Shown: positions 48,357 through 58,846, counted from the first letter of the stretch. The stretch is 64,000 nucleotides of DNA from an uncultured Gemmatimonadales bacterium (GCA_963771275.1 CAVYSW010000009.1:396882-460881), one strand, 5' to 3'. The notes: a model not told the origin generated them from the letters alone. Numbers and translations: made by a program.

Positions 48357-48394
48357 GACGCGTTCCTTTTGGGGAGTGCGATCGAACTTACGAC

Positions 48395-48793
48395 TCAGCC
48401 CGCCGCCGGGCCAGCCGCGCGGGGCCTGAGCTCGGGCTCCGTGCCCCGGACCCGCGCGCGATCGAGCACGAGCGCCGGCGCCACAGGCGTCCGATCCTCG
48501 TCCAGCGCGCCGAGCGTCGCGTCGGCCGCCTGAAGCAGCGCTTCCACGTCCACGCCGAGATACGCCGGCCGGTAGGCGTCGAGCCGGGCCGCCGCCTTGC
48601 CGAGCTGCGCCCGCACGCCGTGGGCGTTCCCCCGCGCGACGTGGACGAACGCACTGGCGTAGAGGATCAGCCCCTGGTAGAAGTCGCTGCGCCCTTCGCG
48701 CCATGCGCCTTCCAGCTCCTCGTGGCTGTCCCAGTAGTGGGCCGCGTTGAACAGCCGGACGAACCGCTGGAGCGGGACGGGGAAATCAGGCAC
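48395..48793 (-). CDS. DUF309-family protein
   Basis: LFNAAHYWDSHEELEGAW and FYQGLI. Confidence 0.8.
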   Translation of the reverse strand: MPDFPVPLQRFVRLFNAAHYWDSHEELEGAWREGRSDFYQGLILYASAFVHVARGNAHGVRAQLGKAAARLDAYRPAYLGVDVEALLQAADATLGALDEDRTPVAPALVLDRARVRGTEPELRPRAAGPAAG

Positions 48794-48811
48794 GGCGCAG
48801 GGCGACCTGGC

Positions 48812-49018
48812 TCAGCCGAGGGCGATCGTGCCGTCCACCACGTGCCGGGCGCCGATCGCCGGCAGCTCGAGCGTCATCCGCGCGGCCAGCGTCTCGGTGC
48901 CCTTGAGCCGTCCGGCGGCGAGCGCGTCACGCACCGCGACCTCGATGGCCCGCTGCGACGTCACCCCGACCTGTTTCAGGAACTTGCGGAGCTCGAGATT
49001 CAGCGTTTCCTCGTTCAT
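48812..49018 (-). CDS. Small conserved protein (DUF6494-like)
   Basis: MNEETLNLELRKFLKQVGVTSQRAIE...GTIALG. Confidence 0.7.
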   Translation of the reverse strand: MNEETLNLELRKFLKQVGVTSQRAIEVAVRDALAAGRLKGTETLAARMTLELPAIGARHVVDGTIALG

Positions 49019-49091
49019 GTGATCCCCCGTGGGCAGGCGCACCTTGTACTGGTATGATTCGGCCCATGTTCCGGCAAGCCCTCACCCGCCC

Positions 49092-50456
49092 ATGACGACG
49101 CCGCGGCAGATGCTCGCGGACCTGCTGCGCCTGGCCGTCCCGGTGGCCACGGTGCAGGTGGGGCTGATGACCATGGGGGTGGTGGACACGGTGATGGTGG
49201 GCCGCGTGTCCGCCACCGCGCTCGCGGCCGTGGCGCTCGGCAACCTCTACTTCATCAGCATCGCGGTGCTCGGGATCGGCGTGCTGATGGCGCTCGACCC
49301 GGTGATCGCCCAGGGCGTGGGCGCGGGGGACGACGTCGCGGTGGCCCGCGGGCTGCAACGCGGGCTCGTCGTGACGGCCGGCGTGAGCGTCGTGACCGCC
49401 ACCCTGCTCCTCCCCGCCGAGCCGCTGCTCACGCTGCTCCACCAGCCACCCGAGGTCGTGCCCGTTGCCGCGCAGTACGCCCGTGTGCTGATCCCCGGCG
49501 TCGTGCCGTTCTTCGTCTTCGTCGTGTTCCGCCAGACGCTCCAGGCAATGGGGCACGTCCGCCCGCTCGTCGTCACGATCATCGCCGCCAACCTCGCGAA
49601 CGCGCTGCTCAACTGGGCCTTCATCTTCGGCCACCTGGGCTTTCCGGCGCTCGGCGCGGTCGGGGCCGCGTGGGCCACCACCACGAGCCGCTGGCTGATG
49701 ACGCTGGGGCTGCTCGCGGCCGCGTGGCGCGCCCTCCGCCCGCTGATCGCGCCGCTCCACGCCGACGCCCTGGCGCGCGAGCCGCTCGCCCGCCTGCTCC
49801 GGATCGGCGTGCCGATCGCGATGCAGCATGCGCTGGAGTTCAGCGCGTTCGGGCTCATCGCCGTGCTGATGGGGACACTGGGGACGGTCCAGATGGCGGC
49901 CCACCAGGTGGCCATCAACCTCGCGTCGCTCACGTTCATGGTCCCGCTGGGGATCGGCTCCGCCGCCGCGGTGCTGGTGGGCCGCGCCGTGGGACGCGGC
50001 GACCACGCGGACGCGCGCCGGGCCGCCGTGACCGCGCTCGCCACCGGGGTCACGTTCATGAGCGCCAGCGCGGTGATCATGCTCGCGGTGCCGGCGTTCC
50101 TCGCGGCCCTCTACACCAACGACCCCGCCGTGCTCGCGCTCACCGCGGCCTTGATTCCCATCGCCGGCGTGTTCCAGGTGTTCGACGGCACGCAGGTCGT
50201 GGCGATGGGCACGCTGCGCGGCATCGGCGACACGCGGGGCCCGATGCTGATGAGCCTGCTCGGCTTCTGGTGCGTGGGCGTCCCGGTGAGCGTGTTCCTC
50301 GGCTTCCACGCGGGCGCGGGCCCCAAGGGACTGTGGTGGGGGTTCGTGGCCGGGCTCGCGGCGGTGGCGCTGCTCCTGCTGGTCCGGATGCGGCACCGGT
50401 TCCGCGGCGATCTCCGGCGCGTGGTGCTCGACGAGGCGACGGCCCGGGCACCCTGA
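49092..50456 (+). CDS. MATE-family efflux transporter (NorM-like)
   Basis: LAVPV, VDTVMVGR, LGAVGAAWAT, AAHQVA, FQVFDG.Q, LRGIGDT; about 12 TM helices. Confidence 0.92.
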   Translation: MTTPRQMLADLLRLAVPVATVQVGLMTMGVVDTVMVGRVSATALAAVALGNLYFISIAVLGIGVLMALDPVIAQGVGAGDDVAVARGLQRGLVVTAGVSVVTATLLLPAEPLLTLLHQPPEVVPVAAQYARVLIPGVVPFFVFVVFRQTLQAMGHVRPLVVTIIAANLANALLNWAFIFGHLGFPALGAVGAAWATTTSRWLMTLGLLAAAWRALRPLIAPLHADALAREPLARLLRIGVPIAMQHALEFSAFGLIAVLMGTLGTVQMAAHQVAINLASLTFMVPLGIGSAAAVLVGRAVGRGDHADARRAAVTALATGVTFMSASAVIMLAVPAFLAALYTNDPAVLALTAALIPIAGVFQVFDGTQVVAMGTLRGIGDTRGPMLMSLLGFWCVGVPVSVFLGFHAGAGPKGLWWGFVAGLAAVALLLLVRMRHRFRGDLRRVVLDEATARAP

Positions 50457-50490
50457 CCGACAGCGTGACGGTGCCGGCCAAGTCAGGACC

Positions 50491-50573
50491 ACCGCAGAGG
50501 ACGCAGAGACCGCAGAGGTGGAGGCGGTGGTGCACATCCACAACGTCTCTGCGTCCTCTGCGCGCTCTGCGGT
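50491..50573. repeat. REP-like inverted repeat of 3x 9-nt CGCAGAG units
   Basis: ACCGCAGAG-GACGCAGAG-ACCGCAGAG ... CTCTGCGTC-CTCTGCGCG-CTCTGCGGT between convergent genes. Confidence 0.75.
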
Positions 50574-50624
50574 TGACGCGAAGGAACTCACGGCGCTGCC
50601 GCCGGGAGGTCGGGTACCGACGAC

Positions 50625-51440
50625 CTACTCCCCCGTCACCACCAGCACCGCGAGAACCGGCCGATGATCGGACGCCAGCCGCTCGTCCACCACGCGGTAC
50701 TCCAGCAGCCGAAACCGGCCGGCCGGCCGGTACAGCACGAAGTCGATCTCCTGGACGGGCTGGTCGGCGGGGAACGTGCAATGGGCGTCGGGCGGCTTCG
50801 CCGGCATGTACCAGTGGCGACTCAGCAGATCGAGCACGCTCCCGCCGGGCTGGGAATTGAAATCCCCCACGAGCAGGACCGGGGCGGTCTCGTGCGCGAA
50901 GATCTCGACCAGCCGCCTGGCCTGCGCCAGGCGCTCGTCCTCGGTGCGGTACAGGTGAATGCCCACGAACACCATCTCGGGTGCGGTGGGCGTCACGCGA
51001 ATCCGCGCGGCGAGCGCCGAGCGAGGTTCCTCACCCTCGGGCAGGACGTGCGTGGTCGAGTCGAGGATCGGGGCCGTGGACAGCACCGCCATGCCGTACT
51101 GTCCGCCGCGGTAGTCCATGAACCGGCCGAACGCGTGGTACGCGAGCCCGGTGAGCTCGGCGATCGCGCGCGCCTGATCCACCCGGCCCGTCCGCTCGGT
51201 TCCGACGTCGATCTCCTGGAGCAGCACCACGTCGGGCCGCTGCGCCACGATCACCCGGGCGGCGCGGCGGAGATCCACGCGGTCGTCCATCCCGGCGCCG
51301 TGGCGGATGTTGTAGGACAGGACCCGCACCGTGTCCTGCCCAGCGAGCTGGCGGGGCACGACGGCCAGCGCGGTCAGCAGTCCCAACGCGCCCAGCCAAT
51401 GGAGCGCGGCAAGTCGGCGGTGGCGTCGCATCGGTCTCAT
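50625..51440 (-). CDS. Exported endonuclease/exonuclease/phosphatase-family protein
   Basis: LSYNIRHG, DVVLLQEID, VGDFN, IDFV, ASDHRPV; signal peptide. Confidence 0.88.
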   Translation of the reverse strand: MRPMRRHRRLAALHWLGALGLLTALAVVPRQLAGQDTVRVLSYNIRHGAGMDDRVDLRRAARVIVAQRPDVVLLQEIDVGTERTGRVDQARAIAELTGLAYHAFGRFMDYRGGQYGMAVLSTAPILDSTTHVLPEGEEPRSALAARIRVTPTAPEMVFVGIHLYRTEDERLAQARRLVEIFAHETAPVLLVGDFNSQPGGSVLDLLSRHWYMPAKPPDAHCTFPADQPVQEIDFVLYRPAGRFRLLEYRVVDERLASDHRPVLAVLVVTGE

Positions 51441-51702
51441 CCCTGTGTCTGGCTGCGCGGCACATCCGGATCGGGGGGCCGGCTCCAAACCTAGCGCCGA
51501 GTCCGGGGCGCCGGATGCTGAGCCGGTGGGCCGGTACGTCGCCAGCCCGGTCCCGACGGAGCAGCGGCATGGCGGAGGCCGCGACCGGGCTGGCGGCGGT
51601 GGTGTCTCCCCTGTTGATTCGGAGGCGACACCGCTTCGGCGGCGAGCCCCCGTGCCTCGCGCTCGACGGCGTGATGGGCCCGACGCCCCGACCCTCGAGA
51701 CC

Positions 51703-54306
51703 ATGCGACCAAGCCACCATTTCTCGCTCCCGCCCATTCTGCTGCTCATGACGCTCTCCGCCTGCGCGCGGTCCCGCGACGATCTCACGGTCTCCGGCGT
51801 GTCCCAAGCCCTGGCCCGCGCCCGCGCCGACCAACTCGCTGACGTCCGCTACGACCTCGCGTTCACGATCCCGGCGGACGTCGCGCAACCGGTCACGGGG
51901 CTCGCGCGGATCGCCTTTCACCTGGCAAGCACCCACGACCCCGTCGTGCTCGACTTCGTGAACCCGGCGGCGCAGCTGCGCGAGGTGCGGGTGGCGGGAC
52001 AGCCCGTCGCGCCCCGCATGACCGCCGAGCATCTGGAACTCCCGGTACGCGCGCTCGTGGCCGGCGACAACGTGGTGGAGGTCGCGTTCACGGCGGGCGA
52101 CGGGCCGCTGCACCGCAATCCCGAGTTCCTCTACACGCTGTTCGTGCCCGACCGGGCGCGCTTCGCGTTCCCGTGCTTCGACCAGCCCGACCTCAAGGCG
52201 CGGGTCACGCTCGCGTTGACGGTGCCCCAGGGATGGGTAGCGGTGGCGAATGGCGCGGAAGCGGCAGGGGCCGCAGATGACGCAGAAGGAGCAGAAGAGG
52301 GAGCGAGGAGTACGACGTCTCGGTTCGCGGAAACCAAGCCGATTCCGACGTACCTCATTGCGTTCGCGGCGGGGCGGTTCCAGGTGGAAACCGCGGAGCG
52401 CGACGGGCGCCGGCTCCGCATGTTCCACCGCGAGACCGACGCCGCGCGCGTCGCCCGCAACCGGGACGCCGTCTTCGATCTCGAAGCGGCGGCGCTCCGC
52501 TGGCTCGAGGCGTACACCGGCATCCCGTACCCGTTCGACAAGTTCGACCTCGTCGCCGTGCCGGCGTTCCAGTACAGCGGCATGGAGCACCCGGGCGCGG
52601 TGCTCTATCGCGCGAGCAGCCTGTTCCTCGAGCCGACGGCGACCCAGGCCGAGCTCTTGGGTCGCGCCAGCCTGATCGCGCACGAGACGGCGCACATGTG
52701 GTTCGGCGACCTCGTGACCATGCGCTGGTTCGACGACGTCTGGATGAAGGAAGTCTTCGCCAACTTCATGGCGGCGAAGATCGTGAACCCGTCGTTCCCG
52801 GCGCTCAACCACGATCTGCGGTTCCTGCTCACGCACTACCCCTCGGCGTACGCCGTGGACCGCACGGCCGGCGCCAACCCGATCCGGCAGCCGCTCGACA
52901 ACCTGAACGAGGCCGGCTCGCTCTACGGCGCGATCATCTACCAGAAGGCGCCGATCGTGATGCGCCAGCTCGAGCGCCGGGTCGGCGACTCGGCATTCCG
53001 CGACGGGCTCCGGGAATACCTCCATCGCCACGCGTTCGGCAACGCCTCGTGGCCCGATCTCATCGAGCTGCTCGACGTCCGGACGCCCGACGATCTCGCG
53101 GCGTGGAGCCACATGTGGGTGGAAGAGCCCGGCCGGCCGACGATCGCCACGCGCTTCACGCTGCGCGACGCCGGAACGATCGCCGGACTGCGGTTCGCGC
53201 AGGACGACCCCGCCGGCCAGAACCGGCTCTGGCCCCAGCTGCTCCACGCGACACTCGGCGGAGGCACCACCGCGGCGGCGTTCGGCATCGCGCTCGATTC
53301 GGGCACCGTGGACGTTCCGGGGGCCGCGGGGCGCCCGGCGCCGGACTTCGTGCTGGCCAACGGCGACGGCGTGGCGTACGGCGACTTCGTGCCGGACGAC
53401 CGCAGCTTCGCGTGGCTGTCCGAGCATCTGCCGGGGATTCGCGACGAGCTGGTGCGCGGGGTCGCGTGGCTCACGCTGTGGGATGCGGTGCTGGACGGGC
53501 GCCTCCCGCCCGAGCGCCTCCTGGGCCTCGCGCAGCGCACACTACCCGCGGAGAGCGCGGAGCTCAATGCGCAGCGCATGCTGGCCGATCTCGCCGCGCT
53601 CTACTGGCGCTACCTCCCACCGGGGCGGCGCGACAGCGTGGCCCCGGACGTCGAGCGCACCCTGTGGGATGGGCTCCAGGCCGCCGGGACGACCTCGCTC
53701 AAGTCGGCGTACTTCCGGGCCTACCGCAGCGTGGCGCTGACGCCGGGGGCCGTGAAGCGGCTGGAGCGGATCTGGAATGAGCGGGAGCGGGTGAGCGGGC
53801 TCCCGCTCGCCGAGCGGGACTACACGGCGCTCGCGCTGGAGCTTGCGGTCCGCGAGGTGCCGCGCTGGCGCGAGATCCTCGAGACCCAGCTCGCCCGCAT
53901 CACCAATCCCGAGCGCAAGGCGCAGTTCGCGTTCGTGATGCCGGCGCTCTCGGCAGACACGGCGGCGCGCGATGCGTTCTTCGAGTCGCTGCGCGATCCC
54001 GCGAACCGGTCGCACGAGCCCTGGGTCCTGGAGGCGGTGAGCTATCTCCACCACCCGCTGCGCGCGGCGCGGGCGGAGCGTTACATCCGGCCCAGCCTCG
54101 AGTTGCTGGAGGAGATCCAGCGGACCGGGGACATCTTCTTCCCGTTGAGCTGGCTCAACGCCACGCTGGATGGCCACAACACGCCGAGCGCCGCCGGCAT
54201 CGTGCGCGGCTTCCTCGCGGCGCATCCCGACTACCCGCCGCGGCTCCGGGGCAAGATCCTCCAGGCCGCGGACGAGCTGGACCGCAGCGCGCGGATCGTC
54301 AACTGA
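51703..54306 (+). CDS. pepN: M1-family aminopeptidase N lipoprotein with ERAP1-like C-terminal domain
   Basis: Lipobox LSAC; AFPCFDQPDLKA, SGMEH (GAMEN variant), HETAHMWFGDLVT..W.D.W.KE, IIYQK. Confidence 0.92.
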   Translation: MRPSHHFSLPPILLLMTLSACARSRDDLTVSGVSQALARARADQLADVRYDLAFTIPADVAQPVTGLARIAFHLASTHDPVVLDFVNPAAQLREVRVAGQPVAPRMTAEHLELPVRALVAGDNVVEVAFTAGDGPLHRNPEFLYTLFVPDRARFAFPCFDQPDLKARVTLALTVPQGWVAVANGAEAAGAADDAEGAEEGARSTTSRFAETKPIPTYLIAFAAGRFQVETAERDGRRLRMFHRETDAARVARNRDAVFDLEAAALRWLEAYTGIPYPFDKFDLVAVPAFQYSGMEHPGAVLYRASSLFLEPTATQAELLGRASLIAHETAHMWFGDLVTMRWFDDVWMKEVFANFMAAKIVNPSFPALNHDLRFLLTHYPSAYAVDRTAGANPIRQPLDNLNEAGSLYGAIIYQKAPIVMRQLERRVGDSAFRDGLREYLHRHAFGNASWPDLIELLDVRTPDDLAAWSHMWVEEPGRPTIATRFTLRDAGTIAGLRFAQDDPAGQNRLWPQLLHATLGGGTTAAAFGIALDSGTVDVPGAAGRPAPDFVLANGDGVAYGDFVPDDRSFAWLSEHLPGIRDELVRGVAWLTLWDAVLDGRLPPERLLGLAQRTLPAESAELNAQRMLADLAALYWRYLPPGRRDSVAPDVERTLWDGLQAAGTTSLKSAYFRAYRSVALTPGAVKRLERIWNERERVSGLPLAERDYTALALELAVREVPRWREILETQLARITNPERKAQFAFVMPALSADTAARDAFFESLRDPANRSHEPWVLEAVSYLHHPLRAARAERYIRPSLELLEEIQRTGDIFFPLSWLNATLDGHNTPSAAGIVRGFLAAHPDYPPRLRGKILQAADELDRSARIVN

Positions 54307-54429
54307 CCGTGCCGCGTTGTGGCGGCCCGCGGGCGGCGCGGGGCGAGGTCACACGGAGGCCGTCAGATCCTCCTGGAGCGCGCGTTCTTCCCATTCCCTG
54401 ATATGTAACTATATTGGACATATTGATCG

Positions 54430-54442
54430 GACCTATTAGGTC
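54430..54442. promoter_or_regulatory. Palindromic operator upstream of the antitoxin
   Basis: GACCTA-T-TAGGTC perfect palindrome in an AT-rich patch, ending 3 nt before the ATG; ATATGT/ACATAT inverted pair at 54401-54423. Confidence 0.55.
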
Positions 54443-54445
54443 ACA

Positions 54446-54739
54446 ATGAAGCAGACCCGCGTTTCCGAGCTCAAGGCATCGCTCAGCCGCTACCTCGCCC
54501 GCGTGAAGGCTGGTGAGGAGATCCTGGTCACCGAGCACGGGCGGCCGGTGGCGAAGCTCGTACCGGTCGCGGGCGCGGATCAGGCCGACGACGACCGGCT
54601 CGCCGCGCTCGAGCGCGCCGGCGTGATCCGAGTGGCCGACCACGCGCTCCCGGCCGAGTTCTGGCGCCGCGCCCGCCCGGCCGACCCCGAGGCCGCGGCC
54701 CGGGCCGCGCTCATCACGGAGCGCCGGGAAGGTCGATGA
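54446..54739 (+). CDS. Phd/YefM-family antitoxin
   Basis: VSELKASLSRYLARVKAGEEILVTEHGRPVAKLVP. Confidence 0.9.
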   Translation: MKQTRVSELKASLSRYLARVKAGEEILVTEHGRPVAKLVPVAGADQADDDRLAALERAGVIRVADHALPAEFWRRARPADPEAAARAALITERREGR

Positions 54740-55155
54740 GGTTCTGGGACGCGTCGGCCGTCGTCCCGCTGCTGCTCGATGAGCCCGAATCCCCGGGCCT
54801 GCGCCAGCTGTTGCGCGACGACGCGGGTCTGGTCGTGTGGTGGGGGACCCCGGTCGAGTGCGCGTCCGCGATCGCGCGCGTTGCCCGGGACGGTACGCTC
54901 ACCGCGCGGGATGAGACGACCGCCCTCGATCTCCTCCGGATGCTCGAGGGCACTTGGCACGAGATCCTGCCAACCCCCCCGCTCCGCCAGGCCGCCCAAC
55001 GCTTGCTCCGGGTGCACCCGCTGCGCGCCGCCGACGCCTTTCAGCTCGCCGCCGCGCTCGCCTGGGTCGCCGGCGACCCGCGGGGACTCAGCGTGGTCAC
55101 GCGGGACGATCGCCTCGCCGACGCGGCCCGCCGCGAGGGGTTCGACGTGCACTGA
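54736..55155 (+). CDS. vapC: PIN-domain VapC toxin
   Basis: FWDASAVVPL, E..SA, LRAADAFQLAAA, VTRDDRL; ATGA overlap with the antitoxin. Confidence 0.9.
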   Translation: MRFWDASAVVPLLLDEPESPGLRQLLRDDAGLVVWWGTPVECASAIARVARDGTLTARDETTALDLLRMLEGTWHEILPTPPLRQAAQRLLRVHPLRAADAFQLAAALAWVAGDPRGLSVVTRDDRLADAARREGFDVH

Positions 55156-55198
55156 CTCGCGGGATGGGGCTCGAGTCGGGCGCGGCGTGCAGCGGCCG

Positions 55199-55298
55199 AA
55201 TGTCCAATGTCCAATGCCCAATAACCAATGCTGAACGGCTGAAACGGCTATCGGCTATCGGCTATCGGCCATCGGCTATCGGCCATCGGCCATCGGCT
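55199..55298. repeat. Heptamer tandem array (AATGTCC-like units, then ATCGGCY x7)
   Basis: Read directly from the sequence; the last unit overlaps the tricorn stop codon. Confidence 0.85.
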
Positions 55299-58200
55299 AA
55301 CGTCCCGGATACCTCGTCCCTTTCGCCCACGTCGGGAACGGCGGCCGCTGGTACGTCTTGGGCGGGTTCTTGGCCAGTGCCTCCATCACGAGCGCCACCG
55401 CCCGCTCGAGCTGCGGGTCGTGGCCCGCCCGCCAGGCCGCGGGATCGAACTCCACCTCGACGTCGGGCGCGACGCCGACGTTCTCCACCGCGTACTCCCC
55501 TTCCGCGGACCATAGCGCGACGCGCGGCGCGGTGACCGACCCGCCATCCATCAGGCTCGGGTAGCCGCCGATCCCCACCAGCCCGCCCCAGGTTCGCGTC
55601 CCGACCAGCGGTCCCACCTTGAAGCGCCGGAACAGCCACGGCAGCTCGTCGCCGCCCGAGCCCGAGTACTCGTTGATCAGCATCGCCTTGGGGCCGTAGA
55701 TCGCGCCCGCGGGAATCGGCACGTCCTCGCCCCAGCGCGAGGTCACCAGGTTGAACGGCTGCATGCGGCGCAGATACTCGATCATGTAGTCCGCGATGTT
55801 CCCGCCCCCGTTGAACCGCTCGTCCACGATCGCGCCCTGCTTGTCCTGCTGCGCGAAGAAGTAGCGGTTGAACCGGGCATAGCCCTCGTTCGCCGTGTTC
55901 GGCACGTAGATGTACGCCAGCTTGCCGCCGGACAGCCGCTCGACGGTCCGGCGATTGGCGTCGATCCAGGCCAGGTGGCGCAGCATCAGGTCGTTCCGGA
56001 CGGGGACCACTGTCACGTCGCGCGCGCCGTCGCCGTTGGCGTTCGGACCCACGCGCAACACGGTCTGCTTGCCCGCCATCCCTTCGAACGCGTGGTCGAC
56101 GTTCTCGCCCGCGGCCACCTCGCGACCGTTCACCGCGAGGAGGTACTCCCCGGCCTGCACGTTGACGCCGGGCTGCGTGAGCGGCGCCCGGAGGTCCGGG
56201 TTCCAGTTCTCGCCGGCGTACACCCGGGCGAACCGCCACCGGTTGCTCTCGACGGTGTAGTCGGCCCCCAGCAAGCCGTTGGCCGGCGCGCGGCTTGGGC
56301 TCCCGCCGGATGAGAACACGAACAGGTGCCCCACCGTGAGGTTGCCGAACGCTTCCCGGAGCAGGTAGTCGAGATCCAGCCGGTCGCCGAGCCCATCCAG
56401 ATACTTGGCGTAGAACCGCTCGGTCGCCGCGAGGTCGAGCCCGTGGTAGCTGGGATCGTAGAAGTACGCGCGCTGGAGCCGGAACGCCTCGTGGTACATG
56501 TCCTCCCACTCGGCCTTGGGGTCGGTCGCCACCTGGACGTTCCCGGTGCTGAGCGCCCCCTCGCCGGGCTTGATCGGCGCGCCCAACGACGCGATGGCCC
56601 AGGTGCTCTGCTGCTTGTACAGGATCTTCTCGCCGTCGTGCGACACGTCGAGCCCGGACACCTTCTCGAGGAGCTGGTCCGTCTTCCGCTCCTTGAGATC
56701 GAACTTGTAGACCGTGGCGCCGAGGGGCTGGTTCTGTTGATCGACCGGAATCAGCGGCGCTTCGACCAGCAGCACGACGCCTGTCTTGCCGGCGAGGACG
56801 GCCACGTAGTTCCGGGGCGGCGGCAGCAGCGCGATGGTGCGCTGATCGATCGCGTCGAAGTCGATGGTGACGACCGTCGTGTCGGATCCGGGCTTCGGCT
56901 TCCCGGGCGCGGCCTGCGCCTTGGTCGAGTCCTTCGCCGTGCTGTCGCTCTTGGCCTTTTCCTCATCGCTCTCGGGCGCCAGCGGCGAGGGGAGGTCCTT
57001 CCGCAGCACGATGGCGTAGAGGCTCCGCGTGATCGGGTGGTCGTACGTCATCATGCTGAAGTCGGAGGCGGGACCGGCGTCGGTGCTCGCCACGAAGTAC
57101 AGATACTTGCCGCCGGCGTCGAACGCCGGGGCCCGGGCGTCGCTCATCCCGTCGGTCACCTGGGTCGCGGCGGCCTTGGCCACGTCGTAGACGAACACGG
57201 CGCCCAGCCGGTTGGCGATCGCGCGCGGGTAGGCCAGCCATTTCGAATCCGGCGACCAGGCGAGCGGCACGCCGCCCTGATCGCCGAACGGATCCGTGTC
57301 CACCTTCGTGGTCTTGCCGCTCGCGATGTCCGACGTACCAGATCTCGCCGCGCGAGTTGCTGTAGCCCAGCTGCTTCCCGTCCGGCGACCAGCTCGGCGC
57401 GTAGTAGTACGTGTCATCACCGCCGAGCGCGATCGCGCGGGCCTCTCCCATGCCGCTCTGCGCCCGGAGCGCGAGGCGGTAGCCCTTGCCGCCGGCGTCC
57501 GAGAAGTACGCAATGGTCTGGCCGTCGGGCGACCAGGACGGGTAGCGCTCGGTGGCGCCGGTGGTGTTGGTGATGTCGCGGGGATCCCCCTTCTTGGCGG
57601 GCACGGTCACGATCTCGCCCCTGGCCTCGAACACCGCGCGCGCCCCCGTGGGCGAGATGGCCGCGTGCTGCAATTGGTCGCCGACGCTCACGAAGTGCGG
57701 CAGCGTGGCGGACAGCTCGCCGCCCAGGGTGATCGCGACCGCGGCGTCTTTCCCCGTCGTCAGGTCGTACACGTGGAGGGCGCCGAACTGTTCGTAGACG
57801 ATCCCGCCCGGGCCGGCCGAGGCGCTCTTGATGTCGAGCCCGTGGTTCTCGACCCGCCGCGTGACCTGCCTGGTGCGCGTGTCGTAGGCGTAGAGGCTCG
57901 CCGGGCCGTCCCGATCGGAGATGAAGAAGACCGTGTCCGCGACCCACATCGGCGCCTGATCGGTGGAGTTGCTGCGCGGCACCTTCTCGATCGCCGCGCT
58001 CGCCAGGTCCGCGATCCAGATCGGCGTGGTCCGCCCGCCCCGATAGCGCTTCCAGGCCTCGTTCGCCGGCGGGTAGGGCAGATAGGCGAGACGCCTGCCG
58101 TCTGGACTGAACGATCCCTCCCACGCGCCGGGGAGGTCGAGCACCGTCGCGGCCACCTCGCTCACTCCTTGCACGAACAGCCGCGGCGCCCCGTTCTCGA

Positions 58201-58648
58201 CGTGCTGCGCGATGCCCAGGCGGGCCGACTCGAACAGCACCTTCCCGTCCGGGGTCCAGCCCCGCACCACGTCGTCGTCCGGATGCCAGGTGAGCCGCTT
58301 GGGGATCCCACCCGCGGCCGCGATCACATAGACGTCCGGGTTGCCGTTGGTGGTGTTGGTGTAGGCGACCCACTTGCCGTCCGGCGAGAAGGCGCAGCGA
58401 TCGTCGCCGCCAGGAATGCCGCCCGTGAGACGGTGGGCCACGCCACCCGCGCGCGGCGCGAGCCAGATGTCGCCGGCGAACGTGAAGCAGATCTGGCTCG
58501 CGCTCAGGGCCGGGTTCTGGAACAGATAGGGCACCTGTGCCCGAACGGTCCACGGGGCCACGAGCAAGGCGAGCGCGACGATGGCGAGCGCGCGAAGGCG
58601 AGGTTTCCACGCAGCCGCGGCCCGAGCGGTGACGGACGGACGTGACAT
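55297..58648 (-). CDS. tri: Tricorn-type S41 protease (PD40 propellers, PDZ, catalytic domain) with a 1-nt frameshift at 57330-57331
   Basis: N-terminal part: FSPDGKWVAY, WKRYRGG. C-terminal part: DERFNGGG, SGSGGD, GTRTWGG, ENVGVAPD, DPQLERAV. Removing one base joins WYV to DIASGK. Confidence 0.9.
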
Positions 58649-58734
58649 GGCAAGCTCCCACGGAGGAGACGGCATTCACTAACGGCCGGGAGCGGGAATG
58701 TAGGCCTCTCCAGCCGGGGCGACTAGAGGGAGAG

Positions 58735-58846
58735 AGCCGATAGCCGATGGCCGATGGCCGATAGCCGTTGGCCGTTGGCCGCTGGTCGTTAGCCGTTGGC
58801 CGTTGGCCGATAGCCGTTGGCCGATTGCCGAGGGCGGTTAGCGGCT
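58735..58846. repeat. Heptamer tandem array RGCCGWT (13 good plus ~3 degenerate units), reverse complement of the 55250-55298 array
   Basis: AGCCGAT AGCCGAT GGCCGAT GGCCGAT AGCCGTT GGCCGTT ... Confidence 0.85.

Noticed and set aside
55262..55300. Peptide LADGRWPIADGR encoded by the heptamer array
   Set aside because: A by-product of translating a 7-nt repeat in a shadow frame; no RBS or start supports it
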